Below the pieces are notes generated by a model. The model searched no databases. It worked only from the letters and a program-made list of their open reading frames with translations, and was not told the DNA's origin. The position numbers and the translations under genes were made by a program. Below are positions 18,401 through 27,184 of a stretch of 64,000 nt of DNA, piece after piece. This DNA is from a virus: positions 32,001 to 96,000 of the IMG/VR virus record IMGVR_UViG_3300027733_000034; one strand, 5' to 3'. Numbering within the stretch: the first letter of the stretch is position 1; every line of letters begins with the position of its first letter.

Positions 18401-18984
18401 GAACCTGTACTAGAAATGGTAGAGGTGTCCCAGGTTAATAAAAACCTATGAGGAGATTTGCTATTGGCTTTATTAAAAGAAGGAGTTTCTACCATTACCA
18501 AATCTTTATCTGCGATTGGATCTATTGTTTCCTCATCTCTTACAAATATAAATTTTAACGTATCATTAGCAGAAATATTGACCGGGTAACCAACTGTGTT
18601 GGGTGCTGCTCTTGTGGTTTGCTGTAAATAACTAGCAGCAACTCCAGAAGAGGTATTAGTGGTTTGAATACCAACTACATTATCATACGGATAAGAGGTT
18701 GTGGCTACTGGAGTCTCTATAACTCTAAGAGGTTCCTCTATTGCCGGATGTTGATGTACTTCAAAGGCAGAAGTGGAATTAATTAAATTGCTTAAAATTA
18801 ATCCAGTTTTTCTATTAAAAGAGGTGTCTTTAAAATTCTTAAAAAGAGGAGACAATCCCAACTTCATTCCGCCTCTAAAACTTAAATCTGTTTGTTTTAC
18901 AGTAAACTGTCCACCGGCTACATCAAAATGTATAGGTTGCCAGGTTATTTGATTTAAATCTGGAAAATTAATAGAAGCAGCCAT
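15439..18984 (-). CDS. large baseplate protein with LamG/concanavalin domain and beta-propeller
   Basis: FTTSLWV...GWHHFVL...FYLDA...FIGKVADLRIYNKSL; IDNKGNIW and CDSSNNVW blades; C-terminal SPAH. Confidence 0.7.
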   Translation of the reverse strand: MAASINFPDLNQITWQPIHFDVAGGQFTVKQTDLSFRGGMKLGLSPLFKNFKDTSFNRKTGLILSNLINSTSAFEVHQHPAIEEPLRVIETPVATTSYPYDNVVGIQTTNTSSGVAASYLQQTTRAAPNTVGYPVNISANDTLKFIFVRDEETIDPIADKDLVMVETPSFNKANSKSPHRFLLTWDTSTISSTGSSVLRFAPRKFPESITQKFAYILSEDGICLFVPNTSFRYFVGLDSTTTSKIFKIFPWFVDAGYPGRPLPTSGFLKFISYKHRPIEDREVSNSHITKYTTSKLDYRGEITPDPITNVSPFLQNYLGQYAFEYPKLKDGRAVYELNIHGLKNYQTPEYNYSMHSDYVGGFSGIQRVYESIFTGTNQDGGLDKVHLGYQAFGVERVFIKDKETPFSYTPTAERTPIQNVGLIEDGAVAGHHPFVSDRIYARQIDYKDTIVGLPQPPSISINSNTWLGAWLSGSNAGDKVWLDRFYNSAYYTFDQALSAQVMLYNDRLDPNQNYVYDVPSTLYMEPGAFYKYFHVGPETNLSYIPYLDGAKNSSLGSKVLEITDWSQSPLMDSSVYNHNGIVHTNRLDLQNSDYWELDGTTHAVFPARTNLLETRHFTTSLWVNVEDWNDIQGSQIFGNYYNSGYGLINNSAMTAPLFTMVDRAGGQIFSLNYQNKITNISNLPTTRTAPISSTNFITIRLFDFSYWIFDTNNAIGYKYDVDNILIKTYTGTYGITQIEVDDTGVLYLYQNSKQQITKISSDGVFIDNVYLKNKNTRRIEIFKYKTANTRTKLLQVLEIYGNCSTIDNKGNIWQSLGNNVYKTAYNPLTDTHGTPTMFATFGPVQQITCDSSNNVWVLHDQDSISRIDDFGIIRTTRIGKRANVEEDICIRTTETFRYINFVKTPIKGCTKFSFQDLAVIIDARDKELYMMDMSGDLIARTDLSTLDNLNNFSPVFCASGDFSGFQFLRKFYKFNKSLSWKLKIGYPSGTSLEDLTLTCDTTILKPGWHHFVLNFDTENHKANFYLDAVLIDSKIIPDNKHLYFTYRSSLLLGADSVKNSTLNDVVLVQDAYKFIGKVADLRIYNKSLEYGDIEQLYLCFKFSDSHHDLVWNMPSGNRHYVEEIEHWFKMQLPGSKSKYYNINIHNFNGDEKTKKYLESAIKQSVYKISPAHMSLYKINWI

Positions 18985-18989
18985 TAATA

Positions 18990-18997
18990 TATTTATA
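18990..18997 (-). promoter_or_regulatory. T4-type late promoter TATAAATA
   Basis: Exact T4 late consensus 5 nt before the ATG at 18984. Confidence 0.65.
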
Positions 18998-19018
18998 ACA
19001 ATTATTAAAAAACCAATT

Positions 19019-19396
19019 CTAATTTTTATAGTTCTCTGATTTTAAATCAGAAACACTATAATTTTCAAATTCTAATCTAAAAAATAAGTCATTTAATATT
19101 TTTTCATCAGAACAAATTGCTAGAATTTCTTTATACTTGTTTAAACTTTTATAAGCCAAATCTACAATAAATTCATTTGTAGAGAAAACTGCTACAATGT
19201 CTTTTATATTAAATGTTAATTTTTTTTGAGTAATAAAATCTAATAGAGTTAAAGTTCCATCCGGGCCCTCTAATGGATCTGTATCATCTAAAAGCATAGT
19301 TACATATTTTAAATGATAGATTTCTTCAGAAATTTTTAAAGTTATTCTAACAATTTTAAGAGGATTTGATAAATTTTCTAATAATAATTCCAACAT
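19019..19396 (-). CDS. hypothetical protein
   Basis: 125-aa ORF with TAAATA 5 nt upstream. Confidence 0.6.
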   Translation of the reverse strand: MLELLLENLSNPLKIVRITLKISEEIYHLKYVTMLLDDTDPLEGPDGTLTLLDFITQKKLTFNIKDIVAVFSTNEFIVDLAYKSLNKYKEILAICSDEKILNDLFFRLEFENYSVSDLKSENYKN

Positions 19397-19440
19397 AAAT
19401 TTATTTATTCTTATTGTAAAAATTAATAGATCGAATTAAA

Positions 19441-20385
19441 TTAATCGCAACATATATTTGCACTTGCACTATATTCTACGACCGAACAATCGGTAAATAC
19501 ATTGTCATAATAACATCCTCCAGAGCCGTTTGTTAATATTGAATCTGGGTGGTAGTCACAAACAACTCGGTCACAAACCGAACAATATTCATAAGCTCCA
19601 ATGCTGGGTGCTAGATATAATACAGTACCAGCTCCATAAAAATAACTTACACCATAAGTACCACCAAATCCATTTGTTGTTGTATCCGTAGATCCGGTAG
19701 CATATCCATAACAATTTCCGTATCCAACAGAAGATACTACCACACCATTAGTTTGAGGAATGCTGTTTAAATCTGCTGTTGAATTCATGGTGTAAGAGCT
19801 TCCTACAGTGGTTCCATTACGAGTAATTGTATTGGAAACATTTAAACCAACAGTTACAGAAAATTTAAAACATTTGTTATATGTTTTATCTATCACTAAA
19901 ATTTCATAAGAAGTGCCAGAATCTAAACCAGCCAATGTTATATTAGTATTTGCAGCCACATCTTGTTGCAAATAACCTGTATTACTAGTTGTATGTTTTC
20001 TAACCTGATAATTGTTACTAGTTCCAGAAAGTTTAAAAATAATGCTACCGTTATTACTTCCCCCAGAACCAGTTTCTGGTGTTGACTGGACTATGGTTAA
20101 AGTAATATTGTAATTTGAAGAACCGTAAAAATTACTCAACGTTATAGTACCAGAAGTAGGTATAGCACTATTATCTGAAGAATTGGGAACACGTTCTTTA
20201 ACTATTAAATCATTGTTTTGCCCAACTAGTCCTCTATAATATTGAGATAAACCAACAAACTCAACACCGTTATAGTATGGGTAGCCGGAGTCGGCATCTA
20301 CTCCGGCTAAAACATTAATAATGGGAATACCATATTCATTCCTAATATCACTCATTTTAATAGTTCCAGAACTAGGTAAAGCCAT
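19441..20385 (-). CDS. fibre-tip adhesin-like protein with Cys-rich C-terminus
   Basis: MALPSSGTIKMSDIRNEYG...SGTITLSNFYG N-terminus typical of genes that follow S74-containing fibres. Confidence 0.65.
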   Translation of the reverse strand: MALPSSGTIKMSDIRNEYGIPIINVLAGVDADSGYPYYNGVEFVGLSQYYRGLVGQNNDLIVKERVPNSSDNSAIPTSGTITLSNFYGSSNYNITLTIVQSTPETGSGGSNNGSIIFKLSGTSNNYQVRKHTTSNTGYLQQDVAANTNITLAGLDSGTSYEILVIDKTYNKCFKFSVTVGLNVSNTITRNGTTVGSSYTMNSTADLNSIPQTNGVVVSSVGYGNCYGYATGSTDTTTNGFGGTYGVSYFYGAGTVLYLAPSIGAYEYCSVCDRVVCDYHPDSILTNGSGGCYYDNVFTDCSVVEYSASANICCD

Positions 20386-20390
20386 AAAAA

Positions 20391-21806
20391 TTATTTAGAT
20401 TTTAATATTTCTATTTCTGTCTTTAATTCTTTTATAGCTTGAATTAATAATGGGACTATTTTTTCATATTTAACAGCTTTGTAACCAGTCTCTCTGTTCA
20501 TTACAACACTAGGAAGTACCTTTTCAATTTCCTGAGCAACGACTCCTACATCATGGCCACTATACACCTCTTGAAGCTCTGTATCCCAATCATATTCTAT
20601 TCCTCTGATGGTTGAAATTTTTTCCAAAGCATCTGAAATTTCTATAATATTTTTCTTCAATCGTATATCAGAACTATAATATGCTACAACATCTCCAGTA
20701 GCATATAAAGTTCCTTGGACCGTAGTGTCTCCTCCTATATTTCCGTAGAACGTGCCGCTTAAAGCAGATGCATAAACTAGAGCGTTGTTGATGACTGTTG
20801 ATCCGATTAACTTATAAAGATATATTGTACCAGCATAAACTACAGCAGTCTGTTTAGTTCCATCTGAAGACATTGCTACGCCTCTCCAATCTCTGACTGG
20901 ATCGTTAGTGGGTGTCCAATTATTTCCGGAATCACTAGAAGTGTATATTTGCCCACTCGATACATCGTACATAGATACAGCAGTTTGTTTAATACCATCA
21001 GAAGACATTGCAACTGCTATCCATTTTTTGTTAGAAACTTTAGGTGTCCAAGTATTTCCAGAATCAGTAGAAACGTATATTTGTCCTCCATTTTCTACTG
21101 CGGTTTGTTTAGTACCATCTGAAGACATTGCAACTGCATTCCAATTTCTGTTAGAATCTTTAGCAACCCAATTATTTCCAAAATCAGTAGAAACGTATAT
21201 TCGACCTCCTGCACTTTCTACTGCGGTTTGTTTAGCACCATCTGAAGACATTGCAACTGCTATCCAATTTCTGTTAGAATCTTTAGCAACCCAATTATTT
21301 CCAGAATCTGTAGAAACGTATATTCGACCTCCCATTACTACAGCGGTTTGTTTTGTACCGTCTGAAGACATTGCTACACCTCTCCACCATCTAACAGAAT
21401 CTTTAGGAATCCAAGTATTTCCAGAATCTGTAGAAACGTATATTCGGCTTGTACTAGTTACTGCGGTTTGTTTTATACCGTCTGAAGACATTGCTACACT
21501 AGACCAAGCTCTCTGAGAATCTTTAGTAGTCCAAGTATTACCAGAATCTGTAGAAATGCATAGTAGACCATCACTAGGGACAGCTGTTTGTTTTGTACCG
21601 TCTGAAGACATTGCAACACTAAACCAAAGTGCGTTAAAAGGTTGGGTAGGAGCTTTGGTGCTAAAATCTGAATCCAATATATTTATAGAAGATGCATACA
21701 AAGTCGGAGCAGAAACACTAGAAGTAAAAGTAGCAATAGCCGGAAGACTGGCGCTGGAACGAACTCCGTTTGTTTCCACTAAAACTCCATTAAAATATTT
21801 GTTCAT
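20391..21806 (-). CDS. tail fibre with 7-blade Asp-box/BNR-like propeller and peptidase S74 intramolecular chaperone
   Basis: 7x VAMSSDGxKQTAV...STDSGNxW; SDIRLKKNI...GVVAQEIEKVLP...YEKIVPLLIQAIKEL. Confidence 0.85.
   Translation of the reverse strand: MNKYFNGVLVETNGVRSSASLPAIATFTSSVSAPTLYASSINILDSDFSTKAPTQPFNALWFSVAMSSDGTKQTAVPSDGLLCISTDSGNTWTTKDSQRAWSSVAMSSDGIKQTAVTSTSRIYVSTDSGNTWIPKDSVRWWRGVAMSSDGTKQTAVVMGGRIYVSTDSGNNWVAKDSNRNWIAVAMSSDGAKQTAVESAGGRIYVSTDFGNNWVAKDSNRNWNAVAMSSDGTKQTAVENGGQIYVSTDSGNTWTPKVSNKKWIAVAMSSDGIKQTAVSMYDVSSGQIYTSSDSGNNWTPTNDPVRDWRGVAMSSDGTKQTAVVYAGTIYLYKLIGSTVINNALVYASALSGTFYGNIGGDTTVQGTLYATGDVVAYYSSDIRLKKNIIEISDALEKISTIRGIEYDWDTELQEVYSGHDVGVVAQEIEKVLPSVVMNRETGYKAVKYEKIVPLLIQAIKELKTEIEILKSK
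20840..21640. repeat. in-frame tandem repeat, 7 copies of about 120 bp
   Basis: TC(T/A)GAAGACATTGC at 20863, 20998, 21118, 21241, 21361, 21481, 21601 (spacing 135, 120, 123, 120, 120, 120). Confidence 0.9.
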
Positions 21807-21811
21807 AATTT

Positions 21812-22120
21812 TTAAAATCTAATTTGTTTATGTTCTGTACCAACTCGACAATTAATAATTCCTCTTCCAGAAGGAAGTTCTACATCTGCTGCAATTAATT
21901 CTGCTCCTTCTATTTTATGTTTATCATAAATTTCTTGAGCAGTTGCTACATCTTCAGAAGTTGCTTGAATTATTAATTGTTGAAAAAATTCTTCAATTTT
22001 TAATTTATCTTCTTCAGTTTGGGTGTCTGGTGATTTTTCTATAATTTTTAGCAAATTTACAGATGGTGATAGAGATCTACGTTCCGACCAAGTTGTTCCG
22101 GTTAAATTTAATTGTTTCAT
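21812..22120 (-). CDS. hypothetical protein between fibre genes
   Basis: 102-aa ORF, TAAATA 8 nt upstream. Confidence 0.6.
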   Translation of the reverse strand: MKQLNLTGTTWSERRSLSPSVNLLKIIEKSPDTQTEEDKLKIEEFFQQLIIQATSEDVATAQEIYDKHKIEGAELIAADVELPSGRGIINCRVGTEHKQIRF

Positions 22121-22149
22121 ATTATCAATATTTATTAAAATATAAAGTA

Positions 22150-25100
22150 TTAACCAGCTCCTTCTATAATGTTATAGAAACCATCGACACAATTGATTTG
22201 TATTCCACCAGATCCAAGAGTTGGAAAATTTCCGGGGTTTGTTCTGCAATTTATAAATTTACCCGCAATGCTGGAACCAAACCAACCGAAGGCAAAACTA
22301 CCATTAGCTGTACAATTTGAAAATATACCAGTAATAGTAGTAGAACCGGCGGAAGCATTACCACCAAATGCATAATTGCCGGTGGCGGTGCAGTTGGTAA
22401 ATGTACCGGATACATTACTAGCACCACCGCCAAATGAATAACCTCCTGTAGCGATACAGTTAGAGAATATACCACTAGCAATACCAGCAGTTCCACCACC
22501 AAATGCATTTGTTCCGGTGGCCGTACAATTAGTAAATATACCACTGGCAGAACCTCCTCCACCACCGAATGCATTATTACCGGTTACAATACAATTAGTA
22601 AAAGTACCACTAGCAACTCCATTACCACCAAATGAATATGATCCATTTGCTGTACAATTAGTATATGTTCCTGGATAGGTTCCAAACCATTGCATATCTT
22701 GAGCAAATATTATGCTATCCATTTTGGAGGAGAGTGTATTGGACGGGCCTGGTACATAAGAAGTAATACCACTTAAAGTAACCGCTTTTGTTAAACAATT
22801 ATTAAGAGTGTTAGAACAGCTTAATGTAACCGAGGCAGATGAATTAATTATAACATGAGAAGGATCTCCGGTTACTCCAATTACATCCACAAATTCAGTA
22901 GTTAAATTAAGGACATTTGCTCCTAAATTATAGGTTCCTGGATAAATTAAAAGAACTGCTCTGTTGGAGGTAGATTTATCTAAACCATTAGGAGTCAAGG
23001 CTGTTGCCGCTGCATATTTAGTTAGTAAATTATCTCCTGGAATCGCTGCTATGTAAGAAGATGCGGATAACGGTAATTTGGTACTTAAATCTATCCCAGT
23101 TAATTTGCTTCCGTCTCCGTAATGAGTACCACTTAACATAGGAGCACTTACGGAAGTAGTGATTGTAAGATTTCCTTGCAAAACAGAATCTGTATAAGAT
23201 GCATATAAGTATCCCACATTGACGTATGTATCTCCACTACCTGGTTCGTCTATGTTTGTAGCTAGTGTTATAACTTTGCTATCAGAAGATATAGCAGCTG
23301 CTACGTAATTTGAAGCAGAATCTGCTAGAACCCATGTAGTGCCCCAATCTGTTGATTTATATAACTGTCCTAAACCAGATAAAACTATTTGAATACGTCC
23401 ATCAGACGACATTTTTGCTTTTATAAATGCAGTTGTAGAAAAATAATTATTTAATGTCCAGTTAGATCCATAGTTATTTGATGTGTATATCCCAGCAGCT
23501 GTAACAGCCGTTTGATATTTACCGTCAGCAGACATTGCTATGTCATAATAATTTTGAGAAATCCCGTAAGGATTCCAATTTGTTCCATAATCTGTAGAAA
23601 TATATATTTGACTTCCGTATGCCACAGCCGTTTGATATTTGCCGTTTGAAGACATTGCTATACCCCGATAGTCTAATGTAGGTCCAGTTGTAGTAAATGT
23701 AGTTGCTCCAAAGTTTAATGATGTATATATACGTCCACCAGAATTTTCTACTACAGTCTGATATTTTCCATCAGAAGACATTGCAACTGCTTTATGTGTG
23801 CGAACTGGTCCTCTGTTCGCACTCCAGGTTATTCCATAATCATAAGATACAGATATTTTACCATCAGCAGAACATGCAATTTGATATTTACCGTCTGTAG
23901 ACATTGCCACATCTCTCCATACACTATATGCTCCATAATTCACGCTCCATGTCACACCATAATCTGTGGATCTGTATATATAATATGCCAAAATCCCGTT
24001 TCCACCAGCTACAGCTGTTTGATATTTTCCGTCAGAAGACATTGCGACTCCTTTATAGGGAGGTTTCCACGCAACTCCTCTTTGAACAAAATTAGTTCCA
24101 ATAGAACCATCCATCAAATATAATTGCTGCTCTTTAATACCTGTTCTGCCAAAATAAGCACCTCCTTCATTTTGCCCCAGGAGCATATTACTAGTTGAAA
24201 AAGTACCAGCTTGAGCACTTAAAGAGGTAGCAGAAACAAAAGTGTTGATAGTTAAACCCGTATTAAAAGTCAAGTTGCTTCCATCTCCATAATGTGTACC
24301 ACTTAAAGCCGGTGCAGAAACAGATGTATTAAATGTACCAATATTACCACTTAAAGCCGGAGCAGAAACTGCTGTAACAAAGGAAGCTATCAAAGTACTA
24401 GGTTTATAAAGACCGGTTAAATTACTTCCATCCCCATAGAGGGAAGAAGCTGTAATATTACCATTACTACTGATATCTCCGTTTACCGTTAACTTGGTCC
24501 CCGGAGTAACTGTCCCAATTCCTACATTTCCAGTAGAGTCTGCTATAAACATTCTAGAAGCATTAAAAGTAAAAAATTCTAAACCATTATCTACAACATT
24601 TTTGGCTATTCTAGTATTTCCGTTTATAAAAGAAACACTAGAATTTGATGTTAGGTTGTTGAAGAAAGAACCACCATTGACTTCTAATTTATAACTCGGA
24701 GCAGATGTACCAATTCCAACATTGCCACTGCTCAAAACTGTCATTAATTCAGATGAAGTTACACCATTAAAAATACGCAATCTACTGTTATCAGCATTAG
24801 CAACATCACTATAAACATCTAAAATAAAAGAAGTTGCATTATCTGAAGGTCTTGCAAAATTAAGTTGTCCACCTTCTTGAGCAGCGGTGCTCTTAAGAGT
24901 TAGGTCTATAGAAGTTATTGTACCAGAGGCACTAAGATTTCCTTTTATGGTTGAACTTCCCGAAGTTACATTTCCAAGAGCCGTTAAACTATTAAAGGTT
25001 GCAGAACCAGAAGCACTTATATTTCCAGTTACAGTGGTAGAACCTGTTATAGAAACAGAATTAGTTATAGAAGCGCTGGTAGATGTTAAAGTATTAAATA

Positions 25101-26442
25101 TGGCTGAATTGTTAGTACTAAGATTACCAAATAAGGTCAATCCAGAGTTTGCTGTCAAGGGTTTAGCTAAAGAAATACCATTAGCATTGAATCTAGCAGA
25201 TTCTACTCCAGCAGAAGAATTTATAATAACAACATTTGGTGTGGAAGGATGAGAACCACCATAAAGAGCAATATTACCACCATTAACATCTGTATCACTA
25301 ACACCAAGCCCGCCCCAAAGAGACCAGGCACCTGTGTCTGCATTACCTCTTATATTTCCTACACCAGCTATAACTTTGTTATTGAGATCTAATTTGCTTC
25401 TAACTAGAGAACCGCCAATAGCCACAGAACCAGGAGTAGTTATATTTCCACTGCCCAAAGTTAGGTCTCCAGCAGAAATTACTAAACTTCCAGTACCGAG
25501 ATGAAGATAATTAGAAACTACTCCACCAGTTAAGTTTAATTTAGTAGAATCTTTTATGTTACTCAAGAAAGTACCGTCTCCATAGTGAGTACCACTTAAA
25601 GCTGGAGAAGATACATAAGAACTAAAGGTAGCTGCAGATGATAAAAGAGAGTTGTTGACAGTACCGGTGGTTAATTGAGAAGCATTTAAAGAATTTAAAT
25701 TACTACCATTTCCGGCTATAGAAGGAGCAGATACAGAAGAATAAAAAGTGCCAGTAGTACCAAAGAAGCCATTAGTAGCACTAACTTCTCCAACAACTGT
25801 CAGAGTTTTGTTTGGAGAAGAAGTGTTAATGCCTATGTAAGGAACTTGAGTACTGGAATTATAACCTCCAATATGCAAAACTTCCTTACCTTGATCTATG
25901 TCATAAAAAGAAGCAATATCTGCATTATTATTACCTCCTATCCACAAAGCCACTCCGCCTCCAGTATTGACTACACTCAGAGCACTGGTTGTGGTAAATG
26001 TTGTATTAACAAAAGTAGAATTTCCAGTTGCAGATATATTACCAAAAACAGTTAGATTACCATTATTGATGGTTACATTTCCGTTAAGATTTCCTCCACC
26101 AGAAGATCTTAATACCCCAGTAAGATTACTACCGTCACCATAAAAAGTTCCAGACATTGCCGGAGCAGAAACCGAGGCAGAGAATGTTGCAGCACTGGGT
26201 GCGGTGTAAATATTAGAAAGTCTACTACCATCACCGTATAAATACCTGCCACTTAAAACTGGAGCAGATACAAATCCCAAAGAACTTAAATTGTTGACAT
26301 AACTAGTGTTGTCCAATGTGGTAGAGATACCCGTGCCTATAACATAGGAATTGACATTAGATACAACATTATTCAAACCCACGATAGAACCTCCACCGGA
26401 AGTAGGTTCAAACATGGTAATAGGCACTCTAGTAAGACTCAT
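22150..26442 (-). CDS. long tail fibre protein (shaft repeats, Asp-box propeller, C-terminal Cys-ladder solenoid)
   Basis: SAPxxSGxxYGDGSxL repeats, GNVGIGTxxPxxKLxVxG shaft motifs, VAMSSDGKYQTAV blades, FTNCTATG..AFGG repeats. Confidence 0.85.
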   Translation of the reverse strand: MSLTRVPITMFEPTSGGGSIVGLNNVVSNVNSYVIGTGISTTLDNTSYVNNLSSLGFVSAPVLSGRYLYGDGSRLSNIYTAPSAATFSASVSAPAMSGTFYGDGSNLTGVLRSSGGGNLNGNVTINNGNLTVFGNISATGNSTFVNTTFTTTSALSVVNTGGGVALWIGGNNNADIASFYDIDQGKEVLHIGGYNSSTQVPYIGINTSSPNKTLTVVGEVSATNGFFGTTGTFYSSVSAPSIAGNGSNLNSLNASQLTTGTVNNSLLSSAATFSSYVSSPALSGTHYGDGTFLSNIKDSTKLNLTGGVVSNYLHLGTGSLVISAGDLTLGSGNITTPGSVAIGGSLVRSKLDLNNKVIAGVGNIRGNADTGAWSLWGGLGVSDTDVNGGNIALYGGSHPSTPNVVIINSSAGVESARFNANGISLAKPLTANSGLTLFGNLSTNNSAIFNTLTSTSASITNSVSITGSTTVTGNISASGSATFNSLTALGNVTSGSSTIKGNLSASGTITSIDLTLKSTAAQEGGQLNFARPSDNATSFILDVYSDVANADNSRLRIFNGVTSSELMTVLSSGNVGIGTSAPSYKLEVNGGSFFNNLTSNSSVSFINGNTRIAKNVVDNGLEFFTFNASRMFIADSTGNVGIGTVTPGTKLTVNGDISSNGNITASSLYGDGSNLTGLYKPSTLIASFVTAVSAPALSGNIGTFNTSVSAPALSGTHYGDGSNLTFNTGLTINTFVSATSLSAQAGTFSTSNMLLGQNEGGAYFGRTGIKEQQLYLMDGSIGTNFVQRGVAWKPPYKGVAMSSDGKYQTAVAGGNGILAYYIYRSTDYGVTWSVNYGAYSVWRDVAMSTDGKYQIACSADGKISVSYDYGITWSANRGPVRTHKAVAMSSDGKYQTVVENSGGRIYTSLNFGATTFTTTGPTLDYRGIAMSSNGKYQTAVAYGSQIYISTDYGTNWNPYGISQNYYDIAMSADGKYQTAVTAAGIYTSNNYGSNWTLNNYFSTTAFIKAKMSSDGRIQIVLSGLGQLYKSTDWGTTWVLADSASNYVAAAISSDSKVITLATNIDEPGSGDTYVNVGYLYASYTDSVLQGNLTITTSVSAPMLSGTHYGDGSKLTGIDLSTKLPLSASSYIAAIPGDNLLTKYAAATALTPNGLDKSTSNRAVLLIYPGTYNLGANVLNLTTEFVDVIGVTGDPSHVIINSSASVTLSCSNTLNNCLTKAVTLSGITSYVPGPSNTLSSKMDSIIFAQDMQWFGTYPGTYTNCTANGSYSFGGNGVASGTFTNCIVTGNNAFGGGGGSASGIFTNCTATGTNAFGGGTAGIASGIFSNCIATGGYSFGGGASNVSGTFTNCTATGNYAFGGNASAGSTTITGIFSNCTANGSFAFGWFGSSIAGKFINCRTNPGNFPTLGSGGIQINCVDGFYNIIEGAG

Positions 26443-26496
26443 ATGTAATATTTATCTTTAAAATTGAGTAATTAAATTTTTAAAGATATTTAACAC

Positions 26497-27108
26497 TTAT
26501 TTTTTATAGCCATACAATTCAAATATAGGTTTTTCTGTATTATATATGAGTTCTTTGGCTTCTTCTGATATTCCTCGTTTATAATCTTGTTTATTACTCC
26601 ATTGAGTTAAAGATTCATTAGTGTCAGATTGTTGTACTAATTCCCAATATCTGGAAGTTTCAAATACTTCACCAGCATTTGACAACGCTGTGTAAAGGTC
26701 TTCAAATAGGTTTTCTGTTTTACCCACAAAGTGCATTTTAACGTCACTAGCGTAGCTCTGATCTGTACCTGTATACCTTGATACAAGCTTTGAGTACAGC
26801 CCCAGCCAAAATGGGCCGTAATCTTTTAACCATGATTCAAAGTCAGGAGACTCTCGCTCCATAGAGCTAAATCTTGTGTTTTTGCTCCACTCATAGAATG
26901 AAGGCCACCAAGTATAAGGATGCCTAACAAAACAAAAATTATATGTATCTTTGCTGTCGATCATCTGATGTAAAAACAGATGTCCGTCTTGTGGACTATT
27001 ATACCGATGCTTTGGTAACGTTAGATGAAACAGAAATGCCTGCAGAAAAGTACCAGCACATTTAGGAATATGTATAAAGCTAGACTTAGGAAGTAGTAAG
27101 TTGCTCAT
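26497..27108 (-). CDS. sulfotransferase family protein (Sulfotransfer_2-like)
   Basis: FIHIPKCAGT (5'-PSB loop), FCFVRHPYxWxxSFY (3'-PB), FVGKTENLxEDL. Confidence 0.8.
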   Translation of the reverse strand: MSNLLLPKSSFIHIPKCAGTFLQAFLFHLTLPKHRYNSPQDGHLFLHQMIDSKDTYNFCFVRHPYTWWPSFYEWSKNTRFSSMERESPDFESWLKDYGPFWLGLYSKLVSRYTGTDQSYASDVKMHFVGKTENLFEDLYTALSNAGEVFETSRYWELVQQSDTNESLTQWSNKQDYKRGISEEAKELIYNTEKPIFELYGYKK

Positions 27109-27173
27109 TATTTTAACAAACCTTTAATTTTAGAAGCAAACATTTCTCTGTCATAGTTTTCAAATTTTTTCAT
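27108..27173 (-). CDS. possible 21-aa peptide MKKFENYDREMFASKIKGLLK
   Basis: Fills the gap between the GT8 and sulfotransferase genes; its TAA overlaps the next ATG (TAATG). Confidence 0.35.
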   Translation of the reverse strand: MKKFENYDREMFASKIKGLLK

Positions 27174-27184
27174 ATTATACCTAG

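Noticed and set aside
20908-21516. 202-aa repetitive plus-strand ORF
   Set aside because: Antisense shadow of the in-frame repeats of the fibre gene
20840-21640. Regularly spaced repeats resembling a CRISPR array
   Set aside because: Periods are multiples of 3, the intervening sequences are homologous to each other, they encode propeller blades, and no cas genes are present
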